From Candidatus Shapirobacteria bacterium (GTDB lineage: Bacteria; Patescibacteriota; Microgenomatia; UBA12405; BS750m-G30): a stretch of 64,000 nucleotides of DNA. The notes beneath the pieces are model-generated. The model was given only the letters and a program-made list of their open reading frames with translations. It made no database searches and was not told where the DNA came from. Position 1 is the first letter of the stretch, and each line of letters opens with the position of its first letter. This document shows positions 46,877 to 57,613 of the stretch, piece by piece. Where the stretch lies: the NCBI GenBank assembly GCA_043817235.1, contig JBDRHA010000007.1, positions 73,212 through 137,211 on the forward strand. The letters run 5' to 3'. The position numbers and the translations under genes were made by a program.

Positions 46877-48430
46877 TTGGCGGGTAAGCTAATAGTGAAA
46901 AGTTGCTTAAAGAAAAAAATCAGAATTTATGATTTTGAATTTAGTTTTCAGGAATTAGCTATTTTTATTTTGCTGATATTTATTTTTTTTGCTTCTAGGC
47001 TAATAAATCTAACCGGTTTGCCAATCTTTGCTGATGAGGCGATTTATATTAGATGGTCCCAGGTGATGAGAGCAGAAGAAACTTTGAGGTTTTTACCTTT
47101 ATCTGACGGCAAACAGCCTTTTTTTATGTGGCTGGTTATACCTTTTTTAAAAATCCTTAAAGACCCGTTGGCGGCCGGCAGATTTGTTTCGGTTTTATCA
47201 GGATTTTTAACAATGCTGGGATTAGGCAGTCTTGTTTATTACCTCAAAAGATCCGTTAAGCACAGTATGGGAATAATGGCTCTATATATTATTATTCCGT
47301 ATACTCTTTTTTTTGACCGAATGGCTTTAGTTGATAGCTTGCTTTCGGCCTTTGGGGTCTGGGGTTTGCTTTTTGCTCTTTTGCTTGGGGAATACAGAAG
47401 ATTGGATTTAGCTATGATTTTGGGCCTAATTTTAGCCGGAGGCTGGCTAACCAAAAGCCCGGGTTTATTTCTGGTTTTATTGTCGCCTCTGGCTGTTTTT
47501 GGAAGCTACTATCAGAAAAGAAAAACTTTTATACATAAAGAAGCTTCAAGGTTAGCCATATTATCGGCAGTGAGCGTTTTTTTTGCTTTTGTGGGATATA
47601 ATATTTTGCGTTTAGGTCCTAATTTTCACCTTATTGCCCTGCGTAACAAAGATTATGTTTGGCCTTTAAAAGAGATCTTGAAACATCCTTTTAATCCTCT
47701 TATTCCCCATTTAAAAGATGTTTGGCGTTATTACACCGCTTACTTAACTATTCCCTTGTTTGCTCTAGGGTTTTTAGGGATATATCGCGGATTAGCTAAA
47801 AAGGATTTAAGATTCTATTCTTTAGTTTTTTTATCATGGTGGCTTTTGCCATTGTTTATCCAGTCGGCGGCGGCAAAAGTTTTTACCGCTCGCTATCTTT
47901 TGTATGGCGTGCCAGCTTTTTTGTTATTTATTTTCCTTGGCCTAGAATTTACAAAGGATATTTTTAAAAATAAACGAGTTTTCTATTTTTTTGTTTTTTT
48001 TCTTTCTTTTCCGGCATTGTTTTTTAATTACCGACTTTGGACCAATGCGGTTAAGGCGCCATTGCCCAAGGACGAGTATAGGGGCTATTTAGAAGATTGG
48101 ACAGCAGGGTGGGGAATAAAAGAAGTGGCCCAATATTTAAAAACTATTTCTAGAGAGAAGGGAATAGTGGTGGGAACAGAAGGATATTTTGGAACCTTGC
48201 CCGATGGCTTGCAGATTTACCTAGAAAAAGAAGCAGATATTAGCGTGATTGGCGTAGGATTTCCGCTGGAGACCTTGCCGGAATCTTTGACTAATGCCCA
48301 AGAATATGGCAATCAGGTATACTTGGTGATTAATAAAAGCCGGTTGGGATATCCGAGAGTTGAAGATTGGGAGCTAATTGGCCAGTATTCTAAGCCGGGC
48401 GGCGACGAGCTGCTTTTTTATAAGCTTTAA
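46877..48430 (+). CDS. ArnT/PMT-like GT-C glycosyltransferase
   Basis: The N-terminus has an FADEAIYIRWSQ loop followed by multiple TM helices; it is a paralog of 41504, 57610 and 61272. Confidence 0.7.
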   Translation: MAGKLIVKSCLKKKIRIYDFEFSFQELAIFILLIFIFFASRLINLTGLPIFADEAIYIRWSQVMRAEETLRFLPLSDGKQPFFMWLVIPFLKILKDPLAAGRFVSVLSGFLTMLGLGSLVYYLKRSVKHSMGIMALYIIIPYTLFFDRMALVDSLLSAFGVWGLLFALLLGEYRRLDLAMILGLILAGGWLTKSPGLFLVLLSPLAVFGSYYQKRKTFIHKEASRLAILSAVSVFFAFVGYNILRLGPNFHLIALRNKDYVWPLKEILKHPFNPLIPHLKDVWRYYTAYLTIPLFALGFLGIYRGLAKKDLRFYSLVFLSWWLLPLFIQSAAAKVFTARYLLYGVPAFLLFIFLGLEFTKDIFKNKRVFYFFVFFLSFPALFFNYRLWTNAVKAPLPKDEYRGYLEDWTAGWGIKEVAQYLKTISREKGIVVGTEGYFGTLPDGLQIYLEKEADISVIGVGFPLETLPESLTNAQEYGNQVYLVINKSRLGYPRVEDWELIGQYSKPGGDELLFYKL

Positions 48431-50139
48431 TGAAAAGAATTTTTCTGATTTTGGTTTTAATCAGTGCTTTGCTAGCTTCTTTCCGGCTTTTTGGGTCGGG
48501 TTTTTTTACTATGCACGATGACCTGCATGTTAGCAGGCTTTACGAGATGGATAGTTGCTTTAAAGACCGCCAATTTCCTTGTCGCTGGGTTCCGGACATG
48601 GGTTTTGGATATGGTTATCCTTTGTTTAATTTTTATCCTCCACTTCCTTACTACCTTGGCGAAGTCTTTCACCTTATTGGTTTTAGTTTAATTAGCAGCG
48701 TGAAGATTGTTTTTATTGTGGAAATATTTTTAGGTGCTTTTTTTATGTATTTACTTGCCAGCCACTTTTGGGGGCGTTGGGGTGGATTGTTGGGCTCAGT
48801 TTTTTACACCTGGGTTCCCTATCATGCTTTAGATATTTTTGTTCGGGGCGCACTAAGCGAATTTATGGCTGTTGCCTTTTTTCCGGCAATATTTTGGATT
48901 ATTGCTGAGATTATTAATAAAGGCAAAAAAAAGCACTTCCCTTTGCTGGCATTATTTTATGGCGCCCTTCTGCTTTCCCATAATATCATGGCCATGCTCT
49001 TTACTCCGCTTATTGGCCTTTGGATAATATTTTTGTTACTGGTCAGGGAAAAAAGAGATTTTAAATTACTGCTAAAAATAATCTTGGCTGGCTTTTGGGG
49101 GCTGGGTCTGGCGGCCTTTTTTACTTTGCCGGCTTTTTGGGAAAAGGGCTTGGTTCACGTGGAAACGATGTTCATGGGCTATTTTAATTATCTTGCTCAC
49201 TATACTTCTTTAAAACAATTATTTTTAGACCGCTTTTGGGGTTTTGGGGCTTCAGTTTGGGGTCCTGAAGATGGGATGTCTTTTCAGCTGGGCCACTTGC
49301 ACTGGATTTTGCCTCTGATAATCCTAGGTTTAGCAATTTTCCTTTATTTTAAATCTAAAACCAAAAAAATGAAAAGTAAAAATAAACACTTTTTGCTCTT
49401 AGTATCTTTTTGCTTTATTTTAGCCTTGGGGATTATCTTTCTTACTCACCCTCGTTCTGTTTTTATCTGGAAAGCTCTTCCGTTTTTAGAATATCTTCAG
49501 TTTCCGTGGCGATTTTTGGCAATTGCTACTTTCTTTTTAAGTTTCCTTTCCGGGGGCTTGACTTTTTTTGTGCCTAGGGGAAAAAGGCCTTTTTGGATGG
49601 GAGCGATAATCGGCGGGGTAATTTTACTTAACTTTAATTTTTTTCAGCCGGAAAAGAGAATTGAGATTACTGACCAAGAAAAGTTATTCTCTTTGGAGGG
49701 CTGGCATCGCTTGCAGACCGATGCCATCTTTGATTATCTTCCCAAGTCTGCTCCTTTTCCGCCTACTTCTTCAGCGCCGGACACGGTGTTGTTAAAAGAG
49801 GAGAATAGTGGCAATCAGCTGGCAGTAGAGAACTTCCAAAAAGGCACGAATTGGTTTAAATTTAGAATTAATCTTGAAAAAGAAGGGGAAATTATGCTGC
49901 CGGTTTATTTCTTTCCTCAATGGCGGGGCTGGCTGGACAAGAATGAAGTAGAGCTGGGCTACGAAAAGGACCTAGGAAGAATCATAATGAGAGTGTCTTC
50001 CGGGGAGCACATGGGCGAATTGCGTTTAACCAATACGCCAATTCGCTCCTGGGCTAACCTTGTTTCCCTGCTTTCTTGGTGGGGACTGCTAGGATATTTT
50101 TTGGCTCCAATATTAGGGAAATTAGTGCCTAAAAGATGA
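48430..50139 (+). CDS. PTPS-related / YfhO-like polytopic membrane protein
   Basis: It has FTMHDDLHVSRLYE...RQFPCRW...GYGYPLFNFYPPLPYY and is a paralog of the N-half of 42948. Confidence 0.55.
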   Translation: MKRIFLILVLISALLASFRLFGSGFFTMHDDLHVSRLYEMDSCFKDRQFPCRWVPDMGFGYGYPLFNFYPPLPYYLGEVFHLIGFSLISSVKIVFIVEIFLGAFFMYLLASHFWGRWGGLLGSVFYTWVPYHALDIFVRGALSEFMAVAFFPAIFWIIAEIINKGKKKHFPLLALFYGALLLSHNIMAMLFTPLIGLWIIFLLLVREKRDFKLLLKIILAGFWGLGLAAFFTLPAFWEKGLVHVETMFMGYFNYLAHYTSLKQLFLDRFWGFGASVWGPEDGMSFQLGHLHWILPLIILGLAIFLYFKSKTKKMKSKNKHFLLLVSFCFILALGIIFLTHPRSVFIWKALPFLEYLQFPWRFLAIATFFLSFLSGGLTFFVPRGKRPFWMGAIIGGVILLNFNFFQPEKRIEITDQEKLFSLEGWHRLQTDAIFDYLPKSAPFPPTSSAPDTVLLKEENSGNQLAVENFQKGTNWFKFRINLEKEGEIMLPVYFFPQWRGWLDKNEVELGYEKDLGRIIMRVSSGEHMGELRLTNTPIRSWANLVSLLSWWGLLGYFLAPILGKLVPKR

Positions 50140-51593
50140 AAGCGGGGGATTCTTTGGAATTAAGACATAAAGCTTTTGCTGGAGTAAGTGCTTTGGTCAT
50201 TAGGAATATTTTCCTTCAGCCAATTTCCTTCTTTGGTTTTGTTTTTCTTTCTGTTTTTTTGCAAACTTGGGAATTAGGTGTATTTTGGGCTGTTTCCGAG
50301 GTGGTTGGGTTTTTAGGCTATTTTTCAGATATCGGGCTTGCTGCCGCAGTTATTCAAAAGAAGAAGGAACCCGGTGTCAAGGAACTGCGTACTATTTTTA
50401 CTATCCAACAGCTGCTGGTGTTAATCTCCATTGCCGCCGCTTTTTTACTTACACCCTTCTTGGAAAGAAGATTTGATTTCGGCTCCGGCCGTTTTCTTTA
50501 CTGGACCCTTTTATTTGGATTTTTTGCCTCCAGCTTAAAAACAATCCCTTCAGTTCTCTTAGAAAGAAAATTAGCTTTTTCCAAAATTGCCCTTATTGAT
50601 CTAGTGGAGCAATTAATTTTTACTTCACTGGCTGTATTTTTAGCCTGGAAGGGATTTAGCGTAAACAGCTGGGCTTGGGCAGTCTTAGCTCGTTCTTTAG
50701 CGGGCTTGGCTTTAATGTATATAATTTCTCCCTGGCCGCTGGGGATTAGCATGGATATCGGTTCAGTTAAAAAGCTTTTTAGTTTTGGCCTTCCTTACCA
50801 AATTAATTCTTTGCTGGCAATGCTTAAAGACCGATTAATAAATATTTTTTTATGGGGAATTTTAGGCAGCACTGGGGTGGGAATTTTAGGCTGGGCCCAA
50901 AAATGGGCGGCCCTGCCGGCGCGGTTTTTAATGGATTCAGTGATCCGGGTTACCTTTCCGGCATATGCCAAATTACAAAATGAGAAAGAAAGGTTAAAAA
51001 AAGCTTTGGAAAAAAGCTGCTTTTTAATTAATTTGCTGATTTTGCCGATTTTAACTGGAATGGGTTATTTGATGCCTTTAGTGGTGGTAATTTTCCCTCA
51101 ATATCAAAAGTGGCAAGTTGGCCTTACTCCTTTTTTCTGGTATTTGGGTAATTTTGGCTTGGGAGTAATTACTACGCCCTTGGTTAATGCCTTTAATTCA
51201 GTCGGAAAGGTAAAAATTACTTTAAGGCTAATGGTTTTTTGGACTCTCATGACCTGGTTTATCGTTCCTGCTTTGGCTAGAATTGAGGGGGTCAACGGAG
51301 CTGCTTTGGGTTTATTTTTGGTATCAGGAAGCTCTTTTGTTGCTTGGCTTTTAGCGAAAAGAGAATTTGGGGTTTCTTTTAGGAAGATTCTCTTTGTCCC
51401 TGTTGCCGGCAGTTTACTGATGTTTTTATCTTTGATTATAGTGGATTCTTTTTTGCCAACGGGAATTATTAAATTAGTAGCTTTAACCTTAAGCGGAGGT
51501 CTTGTTTATTTGGCCTTTGCTTATCTTATGGCTAGGGCTGAGTTTATTTGGTTATTTGCTGTTGGCGCTAGATGGTTAAAAAGAAAAAAATAA
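50136..51593 (+). CDS. Polysaccharide flippase (Wzx/MOP superfamily)
   Basis: A 485-aa protein with about 12 TM helices and a PST-family-like N-terminus. Confidence 0.7.
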   Translation: MKAGDSLELRHKAFAGVSALVIRNIFLQPISFFGFVFLSVFLQTWELGVFWAVSEVVGFLGYFSDIGLAAAVIQKKKEPGVKELRTIFTIQQLLVLISIAAAFLLTPFLERRFDFGSGRFLYWTLLFGFFASSLKTIPSVLLERKLAFSKIALIDLVEQLIFTSLAVFLAWKGFSVNSWAWAVLARSLAGLALMYIISPWPLGISMDIGSVKKLFSFGLPYQINSLLAMLKDRLINIFLWGILGSTGVGILGWAQKWAALPARFLMDSVIRVTFPAYAKLQNEKERLKKALEKSCFLINLLILPILTGMGYLMPLVVVIFPQYQKWQVGLTPFFWYLGNFGLGVITTPLVNAFNSVGKVKITLRLMVFWTLMTWFIVPALARIEGVNGAALGLFLVSGSSFVAWLLAKREFGVSFRKILFVPVAGSLLMFLSLIIVDSFLPTGIIKLVALTLSGGLVYLAFAYLMARAEFIWLFAVGARWLKRKK

Positions 51594-53277
51594 TTTTTAG
51601 GCCTAATCTGAGTTTGGCTATCCTGCTTTTTTTGGGGACAATTTCGCTGTCGTTGACTATGGTTCGCAGCGGGTTGGCTACTAGGTGGGGTTTGGGATTT
51701 TGGGGCCCCAATGGCCACGATGGAATTTGGCATCTGGCTGTTATTAATCAAGCAATAAAATCTTTTCCTCCTGTAAACCCGATTTTCTCCGGTTCCGGGC
51801 TGACGAATTATCATTTTGGCTACGACATTTTAGTGGCTTTACTTAGTAAGATTTTTTTTCTGTCGCCAAGAATTCTTTATTTTCAGCTGCTGCCGGTGGC
51901 GACTGCTTTCTTTTTGGGGCTGCTTTCTTTTTGGGTGGGAATGAAGTGGAAGAAAGATTTTTGGACCGGATTTTGGTTCGCCTTTCTTAACTTTTGGGCA
52001 GGTTCTTTGGGCTGGATTGTTACCTTGGTGCGTGAGGATAAAGTTGGCGGCGAATCTATGTTTTGGTCTATGCAGTCATCGTCCACCCTGATTAATCCCC
52101 CTTTTGCTCTTTCTTTAATTTTTTTACTCTGGGGAATGTTTGGCTTGCTAAATTTAAAAAATTGCATTTAAAATCAATCCTGTTTTTGGGCTTGCTTTTT
52201 GGCTTGATTATTAACATCAAGGCTTATGGTGGGCTAGTAGGTTTATCTGCTTTAGGGGGCTACTGTTTTTTTGAATTTTTAAAGGGCAGAAAAAAGACAT
52301 CTCTTATTTTTTTAACAGCATTTGGATTTAGCCTGGGCACCTTTTTTATTACCAATAAAGGCGGAATATCTCTTTTTGATTTTAACCCCCTATGGTTTGT
52401 GCACTCCATGATTGAGTCTCCGGACCGTTTTTACTGGCCTAAGCTCGCCTTGGCTCGCTATTATCTATCTGCAAATGGTTTGGGCCTTCGGTTAGTTTTA
52501 GTAGAGCTTTTTGGCATAAGCATTTTCTTACTTGGCAATTTAGGAATTAGGGTCATAGGTTTAGTTGAGCTAGTAAAAAAGACTATTAGTAAAAAAATTA
52601 GAAATTTTGACTGGTTTTTAATTTTTGGTTTGCTTGCCTCTCTTTTTCCGGCATTTTTGTTTACTCAAAAAGGGACTGCTTGGAATACGATTCAGTTTTT
52701 TTACTATTTTCTTTTTTTTCTTAATCTTTACACAGCTTCTTTTTTGTCCCGTTTAAACCAGAAAAGGGGAATTTTTGCCAAATTATTTTTAGGTTTATTA
52801 TTAATAATAACTTTGCCTACCTCCTTGTCCAGTTTAAGGGGATACTTGGGCGCTAATCCGCCTGCTGTTTTGCCGGTTGAAGAAAGAGCCGGATTAGATT
52901 TTCTTAAGAGTAAGCCCGAAGGAGTAGTTTTAACGTATCCTTATGACGCTTATCTTAAGGCTGATTTTCCCACCCCGCTTCCTTTATATGTATATGAAAC
53001 TACAGCCTATGTTTCCGCCTTTTCCCAAAAAATTAGTTTCTTAGAAGACGAAATGAACTTAACCATTGTTGGGGCCTCTTGGCCGAAAAGGAAAGAAGAA
53101 GTAGAAAATTTTTTTGAAACTGAGAACCAAGCGCTAGCCAGAGGCATTTTGCTTAACAACAGGATAGATTATGTTTATTTGGCGGGGGAGCAAAAACTAT
53201 CCTTATCTGAGGTTGATTTGGGATTGGAGATGATATTTAGTAATAAACTGGTTAAAATATATCAGGTGCGAAGATAA
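51572..53277 (+). CDS. Polytopic membrane protein (paralog of 59264..61294), interrupted by a frameshift in an A6 run at about 52155-52161
   Basis: The track ORFs 51572..52171 and 52162..53277 align in sequence, in order, with the single 676-aa paralog (..FWGPNGHDGIWHLAVINQ.. ~ ..FWSSQGHDGLWHVALMEE..). The frame switch falls inside AATTTAAAAAATTG. Confidence 0.6.
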
Positions 53278-54219
53278 ATGGCTAAAAAACTATTAATTTC
53301 TGTAGTAGTAAATACCTTAAACGAGGAGAAAAATATTTCCCGTTGTCTATCCTCAGTAGGGAACTTGGCCAGCGAGATAGTGGTGGTTGACATGTATAGT
53401 GATGATAAAACGCGTCAGGTTGCCCGTTCTTTCGGAGCTCGGGTTTTTCTTCATGAGAGACTTAACTATGTTGAGCCGGCGCGCAGTTTTGCAATTAATA
53501 AAGCGCGGGGAAAATGGATTTTTCTTTTAGACGCGGATGAAAAAATAACTTCTAGTTTAGCCAAAAAGCTCAAGCAAATCGCTCAGGGCGATCGGGGGGA
53601 AGCCGATTATGTTTTAATTCCTCGCAAAAACATTATTTTTGGGAAATGGATTCAGAATTCTCGCTGGTGGCCGGATTATTTACCTCGCTTTTTTAAAAAG
53701 GGAAAAATAGACTGGCCAAATCAAATTCATCAACAGCCTGAGTTAAAAGGGAATATCTTGACCCTGCCGGACGTAGAAAAGTTTGCTATTGTTCATTATA
53801 ACTATGACTCCCTAGACCAGTATTTAACCAGGGCAGTGCGCTACGCTCAGGTACAGGCTGACCAGCTAGTGCGGGAGAAAAAATATAAGCTTTCTTCAGC
53901 TGATTTGGTACTGAAACCCATGGGTGAATTTTTAAGCCGTTTTTTTGTCGGTGGCGGCTATAAAGATGGTTTGCATGGCTTGGGATTAGCTGTTTTGCAA
54001 AGTTTTAGTGAAGCCTTGATTTATCTGAAAGTTTGGGAAAAAAATAGATACGAAGAAAAGAGTTTAGAAAATCGGAAAATTAAAGAAATTTTTTCCCAAG
54101 CGGTATTGGAAGTAGACTATTGGTATTCTCGCTGGTGGACAGAAAGAGCAAAGGGAATTAGGCGTACAGTTTTAGAAATAATACTCAAGATCAAAACTAG
54201 TTTGCTTAAACTCTTCTAA
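53278..54219 (+). CDS. GT2 family glycosyltransferase
   Basis: The GT2 motifs are SVVVNTLNEEKNI, VVVDMYSDDKT and LDADE. Confidence 0.8.
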   Translation: MAKKLLISVVVNTLNEEKNISRCLSSVGNLASEIVVVDMYSDDKTRQVARSFGARVFLHERLNYVEPARSFAINKARGKWIFLLDADEKITSSLAKKLKQIAQGDRGEADYVLIPRKNIIFGKWIQNSRWWPDYLPRFFKKGKIDWPNQIHQQPELKGNILTLPDVEKFAIVHYNYDSLDQYLTRAVRYAQVQADQLVREKKYKLSSADLVLKPMGEFLSRFFVGGGYKDGLHGLGLAVLQSFSEALIYLKVWEKNRYEEKSLENRKIKEIFSQAVLEVDYWYSRWWTERAKGIRRTVLEIILKIKTSLLKLF

Positions 54220-55139
54220 TGAGTGAAAAAAAGCCGAAACTGGCTATTGTAATTGTCTCTTATAACACCAAAGACGTTCTTTTAAGGTGTTTGACTAGTC
54301 TAGAAAAGCAAAAAAAGCCCAAGGATAATTTAGAGATTATTGTAGTTGACAATAATTCGCAGGATCAAACTATAGAAAGCATAAAAAAAGAAAGATTTAA
54401 AGTTACTTTAATTGCAAACCAAGAAAATCTAGGTTTTTGCCAAGGAAACAATAAAGGCATAAAGTATGCTTTGAGCCGGGGAGCTGATTATGTAATGCTG
54501 CTCAATAGCGATGCCTATACTCAAAACTGTTTTTGGCAGCCTTTAGTTGCTTTTTTAAAGGAAAATAAAGAAGCAGGAGTTGTAACGCCGAAAATTTATT
54601 TTGCTCCGGGGCATGAATATCACAAAAAAAGGTATCAAAAAGCTGATCAGGGAAAGGTGATTTGGGCGGTAGGTGGAGTAATGGATTGGAATAATGTGGC
54701 TGGTGCTAACCGGGGAGTGGACGAAATAGACAAGGGTCAGTTTGAAAAAGCAAAAAAAGTTGATTTTGCCAGCGGTTGTTGTTTGCTGGCTAGAGCTGAG
54801 GTTTGGCAAAAGGTAAATTACCTGGACGAGCGGTATTTTATGTATTATGAAGATGCTGATTTTTGCCAAAAAGCAAAAAGTTTGGGCTGGGAAGTATTTT
54901 ATGTTCCTCAAAGTAAAGTTTGGCATTTAAACGCTAAGTCTTCAAAAGTAGGAGGCTTTCTTCAAGATTACTTTATTTCCCGCAATCGCCTTCTTTTTGG
55001 TTTGCGCTGGGCTCCTTTTCGGGCTAAACTGGCTTTAGCAAGAGAAAGCGGAAGATTACTGCTTAAGGGAAGAAAATGGCAAAGAGCAGGGGTGAGGGAT
55101 TATTATTTAGGAAAATTTGGCAAGGGGAGTTGGAAATGA
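54219..55139 (+). CDS. GT2 family glycosyltransferase (rhamnosyltransferase-like)
   Basis: The GT2 motifs are AIVIVSYNTKDVL, IIVVDNNSQD, YYEDADFC. The start overlaps the previous stop (TAATG). Confidence 0.8.
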   Translation: MSEKKPKLAIVIVSYNTKDVLLRCLTSLEKQKKPKDNLEIIVVDNNSQDQTIESIKKERFKVTLIANQENLGFCQGNNKGIKYALSRGADYVMLLNSDAYTQNCFWQPLVAFLKENKEAGVVTPKIYFAPGHEYHKKRYQKADQGKVIWAVGGVMDWNNVAGANRGVDEIDKGQFEKAKKVDFASGCCLLARAEVWQKVNYLDERYFMYYEDADFCQKAKSLGWEVFYVPQSKVWHLNAKSSKVGGFLQDYFISRNRLLFGLRWAPFRAKLALARESGRLLLKGRKWQRAGVRDYYLGKFGKGSWK

Positions 55140-55899
55140 GCTTAACGGTCGCAATTATTGCCCGAAACGAAGAGGAATTAATTGGCGAAGCGATAAAATC
55201 AGCCTCTTTTGCTGATGAAATAATTATTTTTCTTAGTCCGGATTCAAACGATAAAACTAGAGAAATTGGGAAAAAATTAGGAGCAAAAGTATTACCTCAA
55301 AAAGGGAATAATTTTGCAGCTTGGCGGACTAATCTTATTTTAGCAGCAAAAAGTGATTGGATTTTTTATTTAGATGCTGATGAACGCTTTACCAAAGATT
55401 TGGCTAAGGAAGTTAAAAAGATGGTTTTCGGCAAGGGAGCAGGTAAAATCGCTGCCTATGCAGTGCCGCGGGCAAATTATTATTTGGGAAAAGAGTAAAG
55501 CATGGCGGCTCTTGGCCGGATTATGTCGAGCGCTTATTTTACAAAAAAGATTTGAAAAAATGGACAGGCAAATTACACGAAAGGCCGGTTTACAAAGGTA
55601 ATCTCGGGTATTTAAAAAATCCAATTAAACATCTAACTCATCGGGATTTAACTTCCATGCTGGAAAAAACGATTAAGTGGACTCAAACCGAAGCAAATTT
55701 GCTATATAAATCAAGTCACCCGCCGATGGCTGCTTGGCGCATTGCCAGAATGATGTTTACTAAATTTTGGGAGCGAGTTATTAAACAAGGGGCTTGGAGG
55801 GATGGCACAGTGGGTTGGATAAATTCTATTTTTGAAACTTTTAATACTTTTATTATTTACGCTCGATTATGGGAAAAACAACAAGAAAGAAAGCGCTAA
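55136..55899 (+). CDS. GT2 glycosyltransferase (paralog of 53278), interrupted by a frameshift in an A-run at about 55488-55497
   Basis: The ORFs 55076..55498 (real start MSLTVAIIARNEE at 55136) and 55552..55899 are collinear with the intact paralog (..IPRKNIIFGKW | IQNSRWWPDYLPRFFKKGKIDW..). The second frame is open from about 55447. Confidence 0.6.
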
Positions 55900-56948
55900 T
55901 TTATGATCCCTACTTAGACACTTTAGGAGGAGGGGAGCGGTATTGTTTAACCGTGGCCGAATGTTTGCTGAAAAAAGGCTGGCAAGTTGATTTTTGGTGG
56001 AGAGGAAAAGATGTTTTATCTAAGGCCAAAGAGAGATTTGGATTAAATCTTAAAGGACTTAAGATCAAGAGTTATGATTTGCGACCTCTTTTTCAAAGAT
56101 TAAGGCTCACCAGAGATTATAATTTAGTCTTTTGGCTTTCGGATGGAAGCTTGCCGCTACTGCTAGCGAGGAAAAATATTGTTCATTTTCAGGTTCCTTT
56201 TAAAAATACTTCTACAAATAAAGTTTTAGATAGAGTTAAGTTAAAATTAGTTGATCAAGTTATTTGCAATTCGAAATTTACTAAAAGATTTATTGATCAA
56301 GAATATAATACAAATTCAGTTGTTCTTTACCCACCAGTTGCGGTTGAAGAGTTTACTCCGGGTAAAAAAAAGAATATTATTCTGGGAGTTGGCCGGTTTG
56401 AGCAAACTATGCAAGCTAAAAGGCAAGATATTTTGATTAAAGCTTTTTCTCAACTATATAAAAGGGGCTACAAGGACTGGAAATTGGTTCTGGCAGGAGG
56501 ATCTTTAGGAAATCCGGAAAATAATCACTTTTTAAAAAGTTTAAAAAAGCAGGCTCTGGGCTTACCGGTTGAATTTTTGGTAAATGCTTCTTTTGTAGAA
56601 CTCAAAAGGAATTACGCTCAAAGCAGTTTTTTTTGGCATGCGGCCGGGTTTGGGGTAAACGAAGAAAAAGAACCGTGGAAGACCGAACATTTTGGGATTA
56701 CCACAGTGGAGGCGATGAGCGCTGGCTGTGTTCCACTGGTAATAAACAAAGGAGGACTTAGAGAAATTGTGCGACGCGGAGAAGGGGAGAGGTGGGAAGA
56801 AATTGACGAATTAGTTAATAGTACTATTGGTTTAATAAAAAACAGCAAAAAATATTCTTCTTGTCGAGAAGCAGCTATAAAACGTTCACAAATTTTTTCT
56901 CAAGAAAATTTTTGTTATAAGCTGGAGGCGATCCTCGAAAGAAGATGA
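55869..56948 (+). CDS. GT4 family glycosyltransferase (glycosyl transferases group 1)
   Basis: The GT4 C-terminal domain shows ..EHFGITTVEAMSAGCVPLV.. (the EX7E region). Confidence 0.8.
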   Translation: MGKTTRKKALIYDPYLDTLGGGERYCLTVAECLLKKGWQVDFWWRGKDVLSKAKERFGLNLKGLKIKSYDLRPLFQRLRLTRDYNLVFWLSDGSLPLLLARKNIVHFQVPFKNTSTNKVLDRVKLKLVDQVICNSKFTKRFIDQEYNTNSVVLYPPVAVEEFTPGKKKNIILGVGRFEQTMQAKRQDILIKAFSQLYKRGYKDWKLVLAGGSLGNPENNHFLKSLKKQALGLPVEFLVNASFVELKRNYAQSSFFWHAAGFGVNEEKEPWKTEHFGITTVEAMSAGCVPLVINKGGLREIVRRGEGERWEEIDELVNSTIGLIKNSKKYSSCREAAIKRSQIFSQENFCYKLEAILERR

Positions 56949-57613
56949 CTTTCTTAAAGGATAAGGATATTTTTAGTCAGAAGATTGCTTTGATTTTTTT
57001 GGCTTTGCTAGTTGTTAATCCCTTTACCTGGTTCTTAATTATTGGTCGAAGCAATGTTCACGTGCTTTCTTTAAATAACTTAATTCCTTTTTTGGCTGAT
57101 CCGGGGGTGATTAACGCTATTAATTTTTCTCGAGGAGAGCAACTAAAGTCTTCCTCAAGCTTATTGGCCAAATTACTCTTTAATAAAACTTATTATTTTG
57201 TTTTTTGGTTTAGCCAATTTTTAAAGCAATTTTCCTTGGCTAATTTATTTTCCTTAACTGAAGATGCGAGTGATAAAATATTTTCTGCTCCTCCTTTTTT
57301 GCTTGTTTTTGCTCCTTTTTTTGTGTATGGTTTTTTTAAATCATTTGGAAAATTAGGTTTAAAAAGGGCTGGATTTTTGATGCTTTTAATGTTTTTAGGC
57401 GGGGTAATAAGTTCTTTTTCATTAACGATGAAAGACTATAGCTTGCTCGTCCTTTCTTTTCCCTTTATTGCTATTTTTATTGCCCTGGGGATAAATTGGT
57501 GGGTTAAGTCCAAGAGGTCAGCTTATTTCCTGCTTTTTTTAGTTTTTCTTAACATGGCGATAACTTACTATAAAATATTTTTGGATTTTACTTTTTATGG
57601 ATTTGGGAAATGA
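56945..57613 (+). CDS. Hypothetical polytopic membrane protein
   Basis: A 222-aa protein with 5-6 TM helices in the glycosylation cluster. Confidence 0.4.
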   Translation: MTFLKDKDIFSQKIALIFLALLVVNPFTWFLIIGRSNVHVLSLNNLIPFLADPGVINAINFSRGEQLKSSSSLLAKLLFNKTYYFVFWFSQFLKQFSLANLFSLTEDASDKIFSAPPFLLVFAPFFVYGFFKSFGKLGLKRAGFLMLLMFLGGVISSFSLTMKDYSLLVLSFPFIAIFIALGINWWVKSKRSAYFLLFLVFLNMAITYYKIFLDFTFYGFGK

